This document shows positions 31,517 to 32,000 of a stretch of 32,000 bases of DNA, piece after piece. The notes under the pieces are model-generated. The model was not told where the DNA came from and searched no databases. It saw nothing but the letters and a program-made list of their open reading frames with translations. The position numbers and the translations under genes were made by a program. Each line of letters starts with the position of its first letter. The first letter of the stretch is position 1. Location of the stretch: contig NC_009073.1 of the NCBI RefSeq assembly GCF_000015805.1, positions 510,001 to 542,000 of the forward strand, written 5' to 3'. The stretch comes from Pyrobaculum calidifontis JCM 11548 (lineage in GTDB: Archaea; Thermoproteota; Thermoprotei; Thermoproteales; Thermoproteaceae).

Positions 31517-32000
31517 TTAATCTACGAAGAGCTCTGCCACCACTGTGGGCACGGTGTATCCCAGGGATATCAATATTTGGGGATTCACCTCGGCGACGTA
31601 GCCCTCCACGTCCCCCCTCACGGCTGCGGATCTGTTTGGTAGTGCCCACTCCGCCGCGGTGGGGCCTATTTCGCATGTAAGGCCATGGAGTCTGCAGAGG
31701 GTTTTTACTACAGAGAGCCCGTCTGTGAGAGTGGCCCCCTCTCTGCTTATTAGAAGCGTCAACGTCCTCCTAGTCCTGCCCTCTCTAACTACGTCCCCTA
31801 CTTCGAAGAGTTTTACCTCTTTCCGCCTCGTTAGGGCGGCTGTGGCGATAAGCTGTGGGATAATAGAGCATCTAACTGTGTCATAGAGCTCCGATATTGG
31901 GTTCAGCACCGTTGCGGGTTTGCAGAATGTTGTAACAACTCCGCTGGTCAAGACGTAGTTGTTCACCTCAGCGAAACCCATAGCCAGGAGCGTCTTCCTA
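31517..32000 (-). CDS. pheT: Phenylalanyl-tRNA synthetase beta subunit, C-terminal part (gene continues beyond the window end)
   Basis: GFAEV...VLNPISELYDTVRCSIIPQLI...LFEVGDV...GYVAEVNPQIL is the PheT B3/4 catalytic-like C-terminal domain. The frame stays open upstream of the first in-window Met, up to position 32000. Confidence 0.75.
   Translation of the reverse strand, partial: RKTLLAMGFAEVNNYVLTSGVVTTFCKPATVLNPISELYDTVRCSIIPQLIATAALTRRKEVKLFEVGDVVREGRTRRTLTLLISREGATLTDGLSVVKTLCRLHGLTCEIGPTAAEWALPNRSAAVRGDVEGYVAEVNPQILISLGYTVPTVVAELFVD

Overview
This 32-kb chromosomal segment looks like a Thermoproteaceae (Pyrobaculum/Thermoproteus-type) crenarchaeon. The evidence is GC-rich coding DNA, two intron-containing tRNA genes (one with two introns, one of them in the T-arm), archaeal ribosomal proteins, G1P dehydrogenase, H+-pyrophosphatase, A/V-ATPase subunit I, a two-subunit 2-oxoacid:ferredoxin oxidoreductase and archease. 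Nearly every transcription unit also has an AT-rich TATA-like box centred 20-26 nt upstream of the start codon, which implies leaderless mRNAs. I call 39 protein-coding genes or fragments and 2 tRNAs. Four of the coding calls fall below the 60-aa cutoff of the ORF track, and several starts are revised from that track. Many neighbouring genes are joined by 4-20 nt overlaps.

The content is overwhelmingly housekeeping. I find no CRISPR array, cas operon, integrase or transposase, and no convincing multi-gene defence island, so I cannot honestly claim a clear novel system. The observations most worth a second look are:
1. An orphan Cas4-family nuclease whose start lies inside the 3' end of a GTPBP1-like translational GTPase.
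2. A ~240-nt, ~25% G+C segment bounded by imperfect direct repeats upstream of the malic enzyme gene. It could be an insertion relic or an unwinding element.
3. Three divergent gene pairs whose start codons are 45-47 nt apart around a single central TATA-like element.
4. A short Rpp29-like ORF in a fragmented ribosomal-protein cluster.
5. A DJ-1/PfpI-like protein that has lost its Cys-His pair and is fused in an operon to egsA.
6. An orphan tRNA-type promoter pointing at a weak C/D-box-like sequence.

All coordinates, distances and base counts were derived by hand from the sequence. All family assignments rest on recognised motifs, not database searches.
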